Assembly: GCA_030141605.1 (NCBI GenBank)
Contig: JAQGDQ010000926.1
Span: 1-64,000, forward strand
DNA length: 64,000 bases
DNA from: Tubiluchus corallicola
Lineage: Eukaryota; Animalia; Priapulida
Direction: 5' to 3'
Positions 63,504 to 64,000 of this stretch are shown piece by piece. How positions within the stretch are numbered: position 1 is the stretch's first letter; each line of letters begins with the position of its first letter. Under the pieces are notes generated by a model. That model searched no databases. It saw only the letters and a program-made list of their open reading frames with translations, and was not told where the DNA came from. The position numbers and the translations under genes are program-made.

Positions 63504-63590
63504 CTGTCGCATATGACACTTATTGCTCTGTTCAATCTTAACACAGCTGAGTTCAGCATGCTTTTATCCGTGTTACCAAAGGCTTATCAG
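63504..63590 (+). CDS. CLASP: CLASP exon, TOG3 end (LSHMTLIALFNLNTAEFSMLLSVLPKAYQ)
   Basis: TTTCAG|...|GTAAGT, phase 0-0; matches LISLFELNTPEFTMLL..LPKTFQ. The gene continues past the window. Confidence 0.97.
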
Positions 63591-63615
63591 GTAAGTGTTT
63601 TAGCACGTTTTAAAC

Positions 63616-64000
63616 GAGGGGTGTGCAAATTGCGGCCCGCGGACCACTTGCGGCCCGCCGAGAGAATTTGTGCGGCCCACGAAGAGATTTGTCAACCTAA
63701 TGAAAGTGCAGCCCGGGCGATTAATTGAGTGTATCCAACTGAAGTCCGTGCCACGATCCCAAAGATAGTGCGGGTAGTTTTTTCTACTAGATCGGATGCC
63801 ATTACCCCTTACAAGACGGTTGTAGCTTAATGTCACTGTACTACACAGACTGTGTGATACACATTACTAATATGCATTGTAATGAAATTACCACTATCTG
63901 TCGTGAAAGTAGAAACATATGGTTTATAATATAAATTTTAATAACTTTTACAATAGTTTCTTGAGTGTAGTAGTAATGATGTACGCAGGTCGAATGCAAA
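63616..64000 (+). mobile_element. hAT-like MITE, family B copy 3 (cut by window end)
   Basis: GAGGGGTGTGCAAATTGCGGCCC start; colinear with 36227-36686. Confidence 0.88.

Overview
AT-rich, intron-rich animal genomic DNA, probably an invertebrate bilaterian; it is not prokaryotic. The main feature is a + strand CLASP (CLIP-associating protein; Orbit/MAST/Stu1 family) gene. I traced 19 exons with consistent splice phases from 28533 to 63590, covering the TOG1-TOG2 linker, TOG2, the S/R-rich SxIP region and most of TOG3. The gene runs off the right edge, and I found no TOG1 exons. A further 165-codon exon (18322-18817) splices in frame to the first linker exon and carries DSGYYS (beta-TrCP degron consensus) and KKSVQF (PP1 RVxF consensus). 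Two more frame-preserving candidate cassette exons lie in introns, one encoding an extra SxIP motif. Non-coding DNA holds a 5S-rRNA-headed element with an RTE-like body, a LINE 3' end, a probable tRNA-SINE, about 17 MITEs (piggyBac-, hAT-, pogo/Tigger- and Harbinger-like, several with perfect TSDs), a 4.4-kb 46-bp satellite, about 12 minisatellites and many microsatellites. Family assignments come from recalled consensus motifs, not from database searches.
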